From contig JBBQFN010000023.1 of assembly GCA_038321985.1 (NCBI GenBank), positions 1 to 64,000 on the forward strand: a stretch of 64,000 nucleotides of DNA, read 5' to 3'. Within the stretch, counting starts at the first letter, position 1; each line of letters begins with the position of its first letter. This document shows positions 30,663-40,310 of this stretch, piece after piece. The notes below the pieces were generated by a model. The model ran no database searches. It saw only the letters and a program-made list of their open reading frames with translations, and was not told where the DNA came from. Source of the stretch: Cyanophyceae cyanobacterium (lineage in GTDB: Bacteria; Cyanobacteriota; Cyanobacteriia; Cyanobacteriales; Laspinemataceae). Made by a program: the position numbers and the translations under genes.

Positions 30663-30710
30663 TGTTTGTGTGTTCCCACCCTTCAGAGTGCGGGTGGGAA
30701 CACACAAACA
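30663..30710. terminator. Perfect 19-bp inverted repeat between convergent genes
   Basis: tgtttgtgtgttcccaccc-N10-gggtgggaacacacaaaca. Confidence 0.7.
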
Positions 30711-30806
30711 AAACCCTCCTACGCAGGCTAAAATTCCCCCTTCTCCGAGAAATCTTCCTCAGTGAAAATCCGTGAAATCAGTGGTTAAAATCCCCCATCC
30801 CCAAAA

Positions 30807-31328
30807 TCACTTATAATAATGCCCATAACTTGCCACCACATTCGCCGACCATAACGTACAATTGGGCGGAGAACTCCCCGCAGGAACCAAAGTCCCTTCA
30901 ATCCGAGTTGGTGAAACCATCACCCCCTCAAATTTCATCATGCCACCTTGACAACAAGACCCCGTATAATACATCGTCCAGTTGACTTGATTTCCCTCAA
31001 CCGTCCCAAATATTTCCGCATCTTGACAAGCATTTGAATTCGTATCCAGAATTCGCCCCGATAATTCTATCCCGCGTTGTTCCAGGGAAGTGAGCATCCA
31101 GTAATTCCTTTGGGTACTCACATTTGAGTTTGTATGTGCAGTCACTTCAATGGCAAGCCTCCATTGTCCACTCACAGGACCTAAATTGTTTTGGCTGATT
31201 TGGATTGACTGCTGTTTCGGCAAGGGTTTAATCCCTAAATCTCGGGCATCCGCACTCATGATACCCACCCCAAACAGGAATCCCACACTTGAAAAAACGC
31301 CAAGGGATTTTAATGAATTTAATCTCAC
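30807..31328 (-). CDS. Hypothetical secreted beta-rich protein with four Cys
   Basis: Signal peptide ending SADA and an AAGGA RBS; SGQWRL..LSGRI..GTVEGNQV pattern suggests a beta-barrel. Confidence 0.65.
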   Translation of the reverse strand: MRLNSLKSLGVFSSVGFLFGVGIMSADARDLGIKPLPKQQSIQISQNNLGPVSGQWRLAIEVTAHTNSNVSTQRNYWMLTSLEQRGIELSGRILDTNSNACQDAEIFGTVEGNQVNWTMYYTGSCCQGGMMKFEGVMVSPTRIEGTLVPAGSSPPNCTLWSANVVASYGHYYK

Positions 31329-31435
31329 AATCCTTCTCCGAGAACACCAAAGTTGATAAGTTCACCCTATCGGGGTTCTCAGGGAGGAGGATTTTTTTTG
31401 ACCTGATGTGAACTTTTGTTAAAAAACCTTGATTT

Positions 31436-32290
31436 TTAGCCCGATTTACGATATGTTCCCCCATACTGGGTACTCGGTACTTGCTCTCCCTTGTGCCAAG
31501 CGAAACCACGCACGGAGCGACTGGCGCGGATACCCATCTTGTAGTATTCGGTAAGGGCGCGATTAAAGGTGGTGTATTGCTGCCGAATTACTGGATTTTT
31601 GAGCGCGACAAATTGGCAGATAAATAGGGTAAATCCAAACCAAGAAAAGGTCACTTTGTTATAAACAAGCTGATTTTTAAGTTGGATCTCTTGCGATCCT
31701 TTCAGTTCCTGGTAGCTGCCATCTTTGTTCAAGTTCTCCAATTGCTCTTTTAACAATCCGGCTGCCGTTCTCCATTTCTTCACCGGAACGTCATAATAGG
31801 GTTCTAATGACCACTCGATGGGTGCATTAACTTCTTCTTCGAGGGTTTTTGAAAATAATTCCCAGGGGGTGGCAAAGGGATAGGGTGTTTTAAACCCCGG
31901 GGACAACAATTTATGCCAGAAGGGTAAAATGTAGAAGAATTTGGGATGCTTCTGAGAGTGTTGATAAATTGCCTGATGCCATACTTGTAGAGAAGCATTG
32001 GCAATTTTAATCAGTTGCCATTGTTCTCGATAGAGATTGACTCTTAAGTTAATTAAGTCATGTTTATGTTGGGAAATTTTGCCCGGATCTAAGGCATCGG
32101 CAATAGGGTCACCCGATCGCCTGATATATTTTGATCGCCAACAATCGGCAATCATCTGCTGATTGGTCCTGGTGTTATGCCATTCTGCCTGTTGTTGCGG
32201 GCTTTGACACTGTTCTAACAGGCGATCGCTGGGTAAACTAGCGATTAACTGGGCAATTTGCTCGTATTCATCCCCGTTACTTGGATTCAT
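31436..32290 (-). CDS. Hypothetical protein (284 aa)
   Basis: Long ORF with no motif I recognise, preceded by two extended -10 elements. Confidence 0.7.
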   Translation of the reverse strand: MNPSNGDEYEQIAQLIASLPSDRLLEQCQSPQQQAEWHNTRTNQQMIADCWRSKYIRRSGDPIADALDPGKISQHKHDLINLRVNLYREQWQLIKIANASLQVWHQAIYQHSQKHPKFFYILPFWHKLLSPGFKTPYPFATPWELFSKTLEEEVNAPIEWSLEPYYDVPVKKWRTAAGLLKEQLENLNKDGSYQELKGSQEIQLKNQLVYNKVTFSWFGFTLFICQFVALKNPVIRQQYTTFNRALTEYYKMGIRASRSVRGFAWHKGEQVPSTQYGGTYRKSG

Positions 32291-32571
32291 ATTTTCTACG
32301 CCGATCGCAGCTTTTTCCGGCTAATTATACCAAATGCGGTGCAATTTATATAAATATCTTCATTTCCCGGGATAAAAACCCTGTCGCCGGTACTATTCTC
32401 CCCATAAACCGCGCAATATCTTTGCTAATTATACCAGGATGAGGATTTTTTGCAAGGACCGCGATCGCTTAAATACTGAAAATATCTCACTCCGGTTGAG
32501 GGTTGGCGATCGCTGCGTTATCCCCTGAAACCTCCGAAGATATAAATATAGTATTCCAGGAGAAAACTCCC

Positions 32572-33030
32572 ATGAAAACCACCCTTTTAAAAATCGCTGC
32601 ATTTTCTATCACTCTACTCTGTGCCACCCCTGCTATCGCACAAAATACCGCCCAAATCCAGCAATTAATCGAAACCAATCTCTGTGCCGCTTGTAACCTC
32701 GCTGACGCTGACTTAAGGGGCGAACATCTCATTGGTGCCGATTTACGAAATGCTAACCTCTCCGGTGCCAATCTCCAAGACGTCAACCTCGAAGGTGCTG
32801 ATCTGACGGGGGCAAATTTACAAGGTGCGAATCTTACTGGGGCCTTTATCAACAGTGCCACCTTAACCCGTACCAATCTGGAAGGGGTAAATCTAACCGA
32901 TGCCAATCTCTCCTTTGCCAATCTTACCGATGCTAACTTAACTGCCGCCGATTTATCCAATATCAATTTAATCGGTGCCAACCTTCAAGATACGGTAATG
33001 CCCAAGGAAATGTTAGGATTTGCTCCTTAA
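32572..33030 (+). CDS. Secreted pentapeptide-repeat protein
   Basis: Signal peptide MKTTLLK..PAIA, CAACNL, then A(N/D)LxG repeats; AGGAG RBS. Confidence 0.92.
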   Translation: MKTTLLKIAAFSITLLCATPAIAQNTAQIQQLIETNLCAACNLADADLRGEHLIGADLRNANLSGANLQDVNLEGADLTGANLQGANLTGAFINSATLTRTNLEGVNLTDANLSFANLTDANLTAADLSNINLIGANLQDTVMPKEMLGFAP

Positions 33031-33222
33031 TAGGGTCCTTCTGCTAGTTTTCCTCAAAAATAGCTGGGGTTATCCCCATGCCGCAGGTATTCGAGCAACC
33101 GTTATCGACCCCATGCCAGACCCCCAATCAAAAGCGCGATCGCCGCTGGGGTGCGATCGCGCTCTACACTTTACACTTTTGTTTATTATTTTATTGGTTC
33201 AGCTAAAAGAGCAGGTTTCCTG

Positions 33223-33996
33223 CTATTCAGCGCCACCCATCAACTTCTTGAGCGAAGTTAGACCTTTTTTAACCCGACGAGACACCGTTACCGAACTAAT
33301 CCCCATCCGTTCCGCTGTTTCTTTCTGAGTCAAATCATGCAGGAATACGAACTCTAAAACATTGCGAGTCCCTTCCTCTAATTTTCCTAGGGCCAATTGC
33401 AAGCGAATTTGGTCTTCCTGGGCTAGCTGAAAACTGCGATACCCCGCATCGGGCACTAATTCCCCAAGGGATGCTGCGCCTTCTTCATCATCCTGAACTG
33501 GAGCATCCAAACTCAGGGGGGCTCGGTTGCGACAGGCGAGTTTAATTTCTTGCCATTCCGTTACGGGAATATGTAAGGCAGATGCCACTTCCATATCCGA
33601 TGGATGGCGATTTAGACTTTGTTGCAGTTTTTGAATTTCCTTAGTTGCCTGTCTTTGCAGGGTCAACCAATGGCGCGGAATCCGTACTGATGGACTTTTA
33701 TCACGCAGATAGTGCTGAATTTCCCCTCTAATGTAGGGGACAGCAAAGGAACTAAACGCGTGTCCCTTGGACATATCAAATCGTTCGATCGCCCGAATTA
33801 AGCCCAAGCATCCCACTTGCAGGAGGTCATCATAGGTTTCCGTGCACTGTTGCATCCAGTGATGGACCTCTTTGCGAACTAGCCCTATATTCAGTTGGAC
33901 GATTTGATTCCTGAGTTTCGTTGTTGGAGAGGTTTGGTATTCTCGAAGGAGTTCCAAACTCTCACTCTTGAGTTCTTTACTGACTGTTGTAAGCAT
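33223..33996 (-). CDS. sigF: Group 3 RNA polymerase sigma factor SigF
   Basis: LNIGLVRKEVHHW, DDLLQVGCLGLIRAIERFD, FSSFAVPYIRGEIQHYLRDK and LTQKETAERMGIS motifs. Confidence 0.88.
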   Translation of the reverse strand: MLTTVSKELKSESLELLREYQTSPTTKLRNQIVQLNIGLVRKEVHHWMQQCTETYDDLLQVGCLGLIRAIERFDMSKGHAFSSFAVPYIRGEIQHYLRDKSPSVRIPRHWLTLQRQATKEIQKLQQSLNRHPSDMEVASALHIPVTEWQEIKLACRNRAPLSLDAPVQDDEEGAASLGELVPDAGYRSFQLAQEDQIRLQLALGKLEEGTRNVLEFVFLHDLTQKETAERMGISSVTVSRRVKKGLTSLKKLMGGAE

Positions 33997-34648
33997 TTTG
34001 ACACCCCGGTAGGTCGCTCCCTAGCTCAGTATCGTACAGATTGTTGGTAGCCGCAGTGATCTCTAACACAGAGTTTTTACTGACTTGATTCCCCTGCCTG
34101 GTTCGGGGTCCCCCGGAGTTATCCCTAACTCTCGGAAAATCCTTTAGTCTGGCTGGGACTGAGAAGGTGGTTTTAAAAACAACGAGAAACTGAGTATGGA
34201 TTTATTATTCCCCTTCGGGGTGTTCATCCAACATTCAGTGCGCTCTCATCCTTCCTAAAAACTGCGATCGGGCAATTTTACTCAGTGAATCGGTTAGTAC
34301 CCCTGCTGGATAACTATACGGCTGCTGCTGTTTATGTTTCTGGCTAAAAGATATTCTAACTTTTTTTTGGTTCATGGCAATAGCCACAATCATCACTATA
34401 CCTGATCAGTCACCCTCGTTCGGGTAAAGATTCCGTAAAGATTTAGGGAGTCTGATTTAAGCGGGTTGGATCCACCTTTGTGATCAAATGCTGAAGTTTC
34501 TTAACAGAATGTTTAAAATTAGTGTCAATCTGGAAGTGCAAATGGTAAATTAACACAGAGCACCGATTGGGGGAGGATGACGATCGCCCCCGCTTCCGCT
34601 AAAAATTACATAAACCGATATTAGTTAATTAAGGAGCTGCGAACGATC

Positions 34649-35209
34649 GTGAGCCAATCAGAAACCCCAAGCCTACATTCCCTACAGGCGGAAGTGTCTC
34701 AACTGCGCGAAGAGTTGCAGATGCGAGACCAGCTTGTTGAACAACTTTCCCAAGAACTGTTTCGGTTAGTCAAGGGTAATAACAACCTGTTACCGGCTGC
34801 TCAGGATGTCCCCGAGGAATACCTGGCTCAAATGCGGTCCTTGCGCGAACAAATGCAAGGGGTTGAGGAGCAGGTAACCTTTTACCAAGAGCAGATCGCT
34901 CAAAAGGATGGGGAAGTTTATCATCTGCGCCAATCTGTCCAGGAATTGACCGATCGCGCTCGGATGCTCGAACAGGTAGTTCAGGAGTTGCCGGAAATTT
35001 ATCGCCAGAAGTTTGCCGATCGCATGGAAGAGGTCAAAGACAAGGTGGAACGGCTACAACGGGAAAACCGTCAGCTTCACGCCGAACTCCAAAGCGTCAG
35101 CTATCGGTTAGCGGTTAGAGGCAAGCGTAATAAAAATGGACGCCTGGAGTTGCCTACCATTTCTGGAGAAGGCGGCGATATCAGTCTACCGTCTTTGGGT
35201 AATGCCTAG
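34649..35209 (+). CDS. Coiled-coil protein, Npun_F5560-like family
   Basis: RDQLVEQLSQELFRLVKGN and LHAELQSVSYRLA motifs; AAGGAG RBS; divergent from sigF. Confidence 0.75.
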   Translation: MSQSETPSLHSLQAEVSQLREELQMRDQLVEQLSQELFRLVKGNNNLLPAAQDVPEEYLAQMRSLREQMQGVEEQVTFYQEQIAQKDGEVYHLRQSVQELTDRARMLEQVVQELPEIYRQKFADRMEEVKDKVERLQRENRQLHAELQSVSYRLAVRGKRNKNGRLELPTISGEGGDISLPSLGNA

Positions 35210-35924
35210 GGTCTGTATTGTTGTGGATGAAGCGTCAGCAAAGGAGTTTCCTGGTGCTGACGCCCAGGCGATCGCCCAGATGGTGGAAGCCTTCCAACGA
35301 GCGATCGCCCAAACCCATCCGGATTGTGAGGTCAAGGTTGCTTTTACTTCTCACTTAAACACCCTACTGGCATTAAAAAGTGAGGTGCCGGTCTACCCGT
35401 TGACCCTAAATATCTCCGATTCTGTAACCGGGGACCGTCAGGACCTCTATCGGGCTTGTCGAGATATAGAAGGGTTGCGTACCGTGGTAGAGGAAAAATG
35501 GCAGGTTAAACCAGGAATCGGTAACTTTTGGCTACCCGTCGTACTCACAGCAAAAGGACCGATTTATGGAGAGGCGATCGGCTTCTCAGATACCCAGCAA
35601 CCGGAGCGGGAAGAAATAGCCCACTCCTACAACCAGCCGGTGCATCTTCCTGACCGTTGGCGACAACCGATTTATGCCCTGGGGCGACGTCTGCTACACT
35701 GGCTAGACGCTCCACCGGCTACTTATTTAATTCAGTTTGGATGGAGTGAGGATACTCTGTGTTTCGATCGCCTGTGGCCGTTTCCAGGCATTCCGGCTCT
35801 GGCTAGTTTAGGCGTTCAAAAACCCGACCTGTTTACCTGTCATTGGTACTGTTTGACCGGGCAACCAATTTATGACCTCACTATAGTTCCAAGTCAAAAG
35901 TCAAATGATTTAAGTGAGAAATAG
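35202..35924 (+). CDS. Conserved cyanobacterial hypothetical protein (possible ATP-grasp-like C-terminus)
   Basis: WLPVVLTAKGPIYGEAI, FDRLWPFP and PDLFTCHW motifs; start overlaps the upstream stop. Confidence 0.7.
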   Translation: MPRVCIVVDEASAKEFPGADAQAIAQMVEAFQRAIAQTHPDCEVKVAFTSHLNTLLALKSEVPVYPLTLNISDSVTGDRQDLYRACRDIEGLRTVVEEKWQVKPGIGNFWLPVVLTAKGPIYGEAIGFSDTQQPEREEIAHSYNQPVHLPDRWRQPIYALGRRLLHWLDAPPATYLIQFGWSEDTLCFDRLWPFPGIPALASLGVQKPDLFTCHWYCLTGQPIYDLTIVPSQKSNDLSEK

Positions 35925-36022
35925 TAGAAAGTGACCGGCAATCGAGACGGAAAAAATTCCCCGATAGGCGTCGGTTAAAAGAGCCAGACAGATGACACCC
36001 AGATAGCTAAAACAGCAAAGAT

Positions 36023-36385
36023 TTAGGCCGCAGCCAGATCAGAAGTAGAAGTAGAGGAGGACAACTCCGAAGCGATCGCCTCTTCCTGGGTATCAAAGAT
36101 CTCAAAAATGCGATCGAGTTGGGTAATTTCAAAAATGACACGTACCGGGCTTTTGAGGTGGTAGATCGTGAGGCGGGAGCCATGTTGTTTAGCGGTTCGG
36201 AGTGCCGAAACCAGGGTAAATAATCCCGAACTATCAATCAAATCAACCTGACTCATGTCAATCGTGAGTAACGTCCCGCGATCGCATTCCGTGACGGCTT
36301 GTTCGATTGCCGCGAGGGTTACCGCATCTAAAGAGGTTTGCGGCCGAAATACAATAGGCTGGTGGACTGCTTGTGAGGACGTCAT
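36023..36385 (-). CDS. STAS-domain anti-sigma-factor antagonist
   Basis: IDMSQVDLIDSSGL (phospho-acceptor Ser) and VIFEITQLDRIF motifs; GAGGTG RBS. Confidence 0.92.
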   Translation of the reverse strand: MTSSQAVHQPIVFRPQTSLDAVTLAAIEQAVTECDRGTLLTIDMSQVDLIDSSGLFTLVSALRTAKQHGSRLTIYHLKSPVRVIFEITQLDRIFEIFDTQEEAIASELSSSTSTSDLAAA

Positions 36386-36813
36386 AAAGTTTCACCTCAA
36401 AAAATATCTTAATCTGGACTTGCTAACAAACACGCACTGACATAGACCAGCACCGTATTTGTTCCAGCATCGTCCCAATTCCCTACCCGAGGGTTGTCAC
36501 CCGTCACCACTGGATTGTGAACTTAATCACTCCAAAGGCTACAGTGACCAATGCTGGCTATATATGAAGGTAATTTTACTCTACCTACTTAATCCTTAGA
36601 GGTAGCGTAGTACACTTTTTTAGAATTTAATATAACTAACTTGTTTTTTGATAACTTAAAAAGATAGAACATTGACCCGATTTCTGGGAGCGATCGCCAG
36701 GAAATCAACAGTCCGGTTAATGAATTAAAGCAGACAAGATTTAGATACGACCGAGGGCAAAAGGCAAAAGATAACCCGATTCTTTTGCCTTCTTACCATT
36801 TTAAAGGTGTAGA

Positions 36814-38019
36814 TTAGCTGCCTCTAACCTTTTCAGACCAAATCCGAGTCGGCAGACCCCAGACATAGATAAACCCTTCCGCTGCCTTATGGTCGAAAGT
36901 ATCATCAGTCCCATAAGTCGCCAGATCGGGGGCATAGAGAGACTCCTCCGACTTGCGCCCGACAATCGCCGCATTCCCCTTGAACAGTTTAATCCGGACC
37001 GTGCCAGAGACTCGCTCTTGAGTCTTTTCAATGAAAGCATCCAGGGCCGCTTTGAGGGGACTGTACCACTGACCGTTGTAAACCATTTGGCTATAGGTTT
37101 CTTCGATGCCCCGCTTATATTGGGTGACATCTTTCGTGAGGGTGAGACTTTCAATATCTCGGTGAGCCTGAATCAGGACCAGGAGTGCAGGAGACTCGTA
37201 GATTTCCCGAGACTTAATCCCCACTAGACGATTTTCGATCATATCGATGCGCCCGACCCCATGACGACCTACCACCTCATTTAACTCCGTAATCAGTGCC
37301 ACCGGAGAAAGGGCCTTGCCATTGACGCGGGTGGGGAGACCTCGCTCAAAAGTGATTTCGACGTATTCGGGTTCGTCTGGAGTATCCGCGATCGCCTTCG
37401 TCATCACATAAATTTCTTCCTCCGGTTCCGTCCAGGGGTCTTCCAGGGGGCCCGCTTCCACACTGCGTCCCAAAAGATTGCGGTCAATACTGTAGGGAGA
37501 AGACTTTTTCACCGGAGTCGGAATGCCAAACTTTTCGCCATAGGCAATAGTTTCTTCCCGACTCATGCCCCATTCCCGTGCAGGTGCGAGGACTTTGATA
37601 TTGGGGTTGAGCGCGGCGATCGACACATCGAAGCGCACCTGGTCATTCCCCTTCCCGGTACAGCCATGCGCCACCGCATCAGCCCCGTATTTTTGCGCCG
37701 CCTCCACTAGAATTTTGGCAATTAACGGTCTAGCCAGTGCCGTTCCCAGGGGATAACGGTTTTCATATAGGGCATTTGCTTGAATGGCTGGAAAGGCATA
37801 ATCTCTGACAAAGATTTCCGTTACGTCTTCCACCAGGGAAATACTGGCACCGGAGGTTAGAGCCTTTTCCTTAATTGGGCCCAGTTCTTCTCCTTGTCCC
37901 AAATCTGCCGCTAGGGTAATCACGTCTTCAACGCCCCACTCTTCTTTTAAGTAAGGAATGCAAACGGAGGTATCGACTCCTCCGGAATATGCCAAGACGA
38001 CTTTGGTAGCGCGACCCAT
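36814..38019 (-). CDS. argG: Argininosuccinate synthase
   Basis: [24 protein letters not shown] and [14 protein letters not shown] motifs. Confidence 0.98.
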   Translation of the reverse strand: MGRATKVVLAYSGGVDTSVCIPYLKEEWGVEDVITLAADLGQGEELGPIKEKALTSGASISLVEDVTEIFVRDYAFPAIQANALYENRYPLGTALARPLIAKILVEAAQKYGADAVAHGCTGKGNDQVRFDVSIAALNPNIKVLAPAREWGMSREETIAYGEKFGIPTPVKKSSPYSIDRNLLGRSVEAGPLEDPWTEPEEEIYVMTKAIADTPDEPEYVEITFERGLPTRVNGKALSPVALITELNEVVGRHGVGRIDMIENRLVGIKSREIYESPALLVLIQAHRDIESLTLTKDVTQYKRGIEETYSQMVYNGQWYSPLKAALDAFIEKTQERVSGTVRIKLFKGNAAIVGRKSEESLYAPDLATYGTDDTFDHKAAEGFIYVWGLPTRIWSEKVRGS

Positions 38020-38346
38020 TACTTTTTCCTTCTACTGCAATACCGATCAACTGTTTATTATTAACCAAATTCTCAGGATTTAATAGCCTTTTTGTCAGGG
38101 ATTCCCTAGATTTGTGGGGGAAGATTTGGGATTTTAGAGGTTAAATTTTAGGGGTTAGGGTTTAAGTTTTATAGGGGGGATTGAGAATTGGGGAAAATTG
38201 GGTGACTCAAGGGGGTAAAAATTAGGAGGAGATGGGTTACCCAGCAGCAGGGGATGGAAGTTCCCGGGGTCTGTAAGCCCCAGAAAAGGCGATCGCCCTA
38301 GAGTCTACCAGAAAGAGGGCATCTCCACGGCCTAGATCTAGCTCTA

Positions 38347-38549
38347 GGGCGTCTAAACCATTCGGATCACAGAATTTGAGGAGTAGGAGCATGGGATCTC
38401 GCGATGAAGACTCAGGAGATCCGATACTCCTAACTCTTGGGGAAAAATTGTCTAATTCCTCCTAACGCCCAACATTCGCACAGGCGAACGATGTGCGGCA
38501 TTCCCAGATTCTCGGGCTTGTATCCATTCTCAGAATGATTTAGACGCGC
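38347..38549. mobile_element. Putative MITE (or structured ncRNA): 203 bp with 20-bp imperfect terminal inverted repeats flanked by TA
   Basis: Left end TA|GGGCGTCTAAACCATTCGGA versus right end reverse complement TA|GCGCGTCTAAATCATTCTGA (17/20); internal hairpins; no transposase. Confidence 0.55.
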
Positions 38550-38614
38550 TATATAATCCACTTATCTTTAGAGGCCCATTTCCCGGGAAGGGGTAAAAAA
38601 GGACTTCATTTAAA

Positions 38615-39010
38615 TCACGTACTTTCCTTGTTAGTTTGATATATTTCAGCCGCCTTTTGAACGATCGCCTTGAGGTCCTGAGTATCAAAAGGCTTGCTGA
38701 TGCATTTAAAAACATTGGCTTTATTCATATCTTCCGAGGCTTCTAGGGCATCCTCACTGTACCCGGTTAACAAAATGCCAATCGTATGGGGAAAGCGGTC
38801 TCTGGCCTTACTCAACAATTCTAAACCCGTCATCTCCGGCATACTCTGATCAGAAATAATCACTGCCATTTCCCCTTCTGCATCCAGCAGGGCGATCGCA
38901 CCGAGAGGGCTTTCTGCTCTGTGTACTTGATAATCGCGCCGAAACGTCCTGTAAAGCAAATCCAGGTTGTCTCGCTCATCATCCACTACCATGAGTTTAA
39001 GTTTGGACAT
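38615..39010 (-). CDS. Single-domain response regulator (receiver only)
   Basis: VVDDE, ISDQSMP (phospho-Asp), LLTGY and KPF motifs. Confidence 0.92.
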   Translation of the reverse strand: MSKLKLMVVDDERDNLDLLYRTFRRDYQVHRAESPLGAIALLDAEGEMAVIISDQSMPEMTGLELLSKARDRFPHTIGILLTGYSEDALEASEDMNKANVFKCISKPFDTQDLKAIVQKAAEIYQTNKEST

Positions 39011-39302
39011 AGATTAAAGTTGCTCCTGCCATCTCTACTTTCCCATTTTATTTGGCTCCCTTGGAAATCTCGGGGAACCGATCGCGAACGAGAGACCACA
39101 GATTGAGTGCACCCTCCCCTTGGCATCTCAGAATATCAGCACTACTGGTCTATCTTTTATTTTTTTTATTGTACCGGGGAATGCCCAAGGGTTGAGACAG
39201 GTCATCAGTCGGGTTTTGAGGAACCTTCCGGTAGGTTCCTCAAAACCCGACGTCTAATCCAGGTTGCAGCGGGGGTAAACCAGAATTGCCAGTTAAACCT
39301 GA

Positions 39303-40166
39303 TTAAAACAACGTCATGAATGCAACTCCCAACAACATCGTTGTTGCACCCCAGAAGCGATCGCGAATCCCCGGTTCCTGGAACAGGAGTTTCCCCCACA
39401 ACACCCCCATCAGAACACTGGTACGTTTAACGGCAATTACCTGAACCACCAAAGTGAGTTTCAACGCCTGCATTTGAAACAGCACTGCCACTGCCGTACA
39501 GAGTCCCATCAGACTTAACCCCAGCCAGTGTTTGAAAATCTGACCCCCGGGGTCCTTGGACTGGGAGAATAGCCAGGGAAATTGCAACAAGGCGATCGCT
39601 GAAAACACGGCAAAACTCCAAAATAAGGGAGAAGAATTTTGGACGCCCACCTTATCCACATTAGAAGTAATGCTCCACAGGAAAGCAACCAGCAACATTA
39701 ATTTCGGTCCGGGTTCTCTAACCAGAGCCTGAAACGGAGCAAAATATCCGCGCTTTCGGTCTTGGAGATTTAATAGATAAGACCCACTCACAATCAACAA
39801 AATCCCCAACCCATCAGCCCAACTGAGCCATTCCCCGACAATAAGGGGAGAAGAGATTGCCATAAAGAGGGGAGAAAAGGCAATCATCGGTAAACACAAA
39901 GATAAATCCGAGGCACTAATTGCCTTGATATATAACATAAACGCGATCGCATTGAGCACACTGCCAACCCCTAGGGCAAGCCAAAAGTGACTGCCTAAAT
40001 CAGGAATTCCCCCCAAGACTTGCACCGGCAATAACACCAACGCCGTAAAAAAAGACCAAGACCAAGCCACAATGGTCGAATCGATATTTTTAAGAGTTCT
40101 TTTTCCTAAAACATCTTTAAGTGACGTAAAAAATGCTGTTGAAATTGCTAAAAAAAACCAGAGCAT
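39303..40166 (-). CDS. EamA/DMT family transporter
   Basis: About 10 TM segments in two repeats; KRTSVLMGVLWG motif. Confidence 0.88.
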   Translation of the reverse strand: MLWFFLAISTAFFTSLKDVLGKRTLKNIDSTIVAWSWSFFTALVLLPVQVLGGIPDLGSHFWLALGVGSVLNAIAFMLYIKAISASDLSLCLPMIAFSPLFMAISSPLIVGEWLSWADGLGILLIVSGSYLLNLQDRKRGYFAPFQALVREPGPKLMLLVAFLWSITSNVDKVGVQNSSPLFWSFAVFSAIALLQFPWLFSQSKDPGGQIFKHWLGLSLMGLCTAVAVLFQMQALKLTLVVQVIAVKRTSVLMGVLWGKLLFQEPGIRDRFWGATTMLLGVAFMTLF

Positions 40167-40310
40167 AGGGAGTTTAGAGTTTAGGAGTGAAATGGGTGAT
40201 AAAATCGGTATCCCGGTGCAATCGGTGCCTAACTACAAACCTTCGGATCCAAATACTCCAGTGTTTGCCACCGCAAAATCCTACACCCTCCTCTAAGGCC
40301 TGAAATATCT

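Noticed and set aside
32487..32981. 164-aa minus-strand ORF
   Set aside because: Antisense shadow of the pentapeptide-repeat gene.
38100..38240. G/T-rich tract upstream of argG as a G-quadruplex or telomere-like repeat
   Set aside because: Irregular, degenerate heptamer-like sequence with no consistent unit.
38347..38549. 6S RNA, SRP RNA, RNase P RNA or tmRNA
   Set aside because: I could not find their conserved motifs, so it is kept as a MITE or unknown structured RNA.
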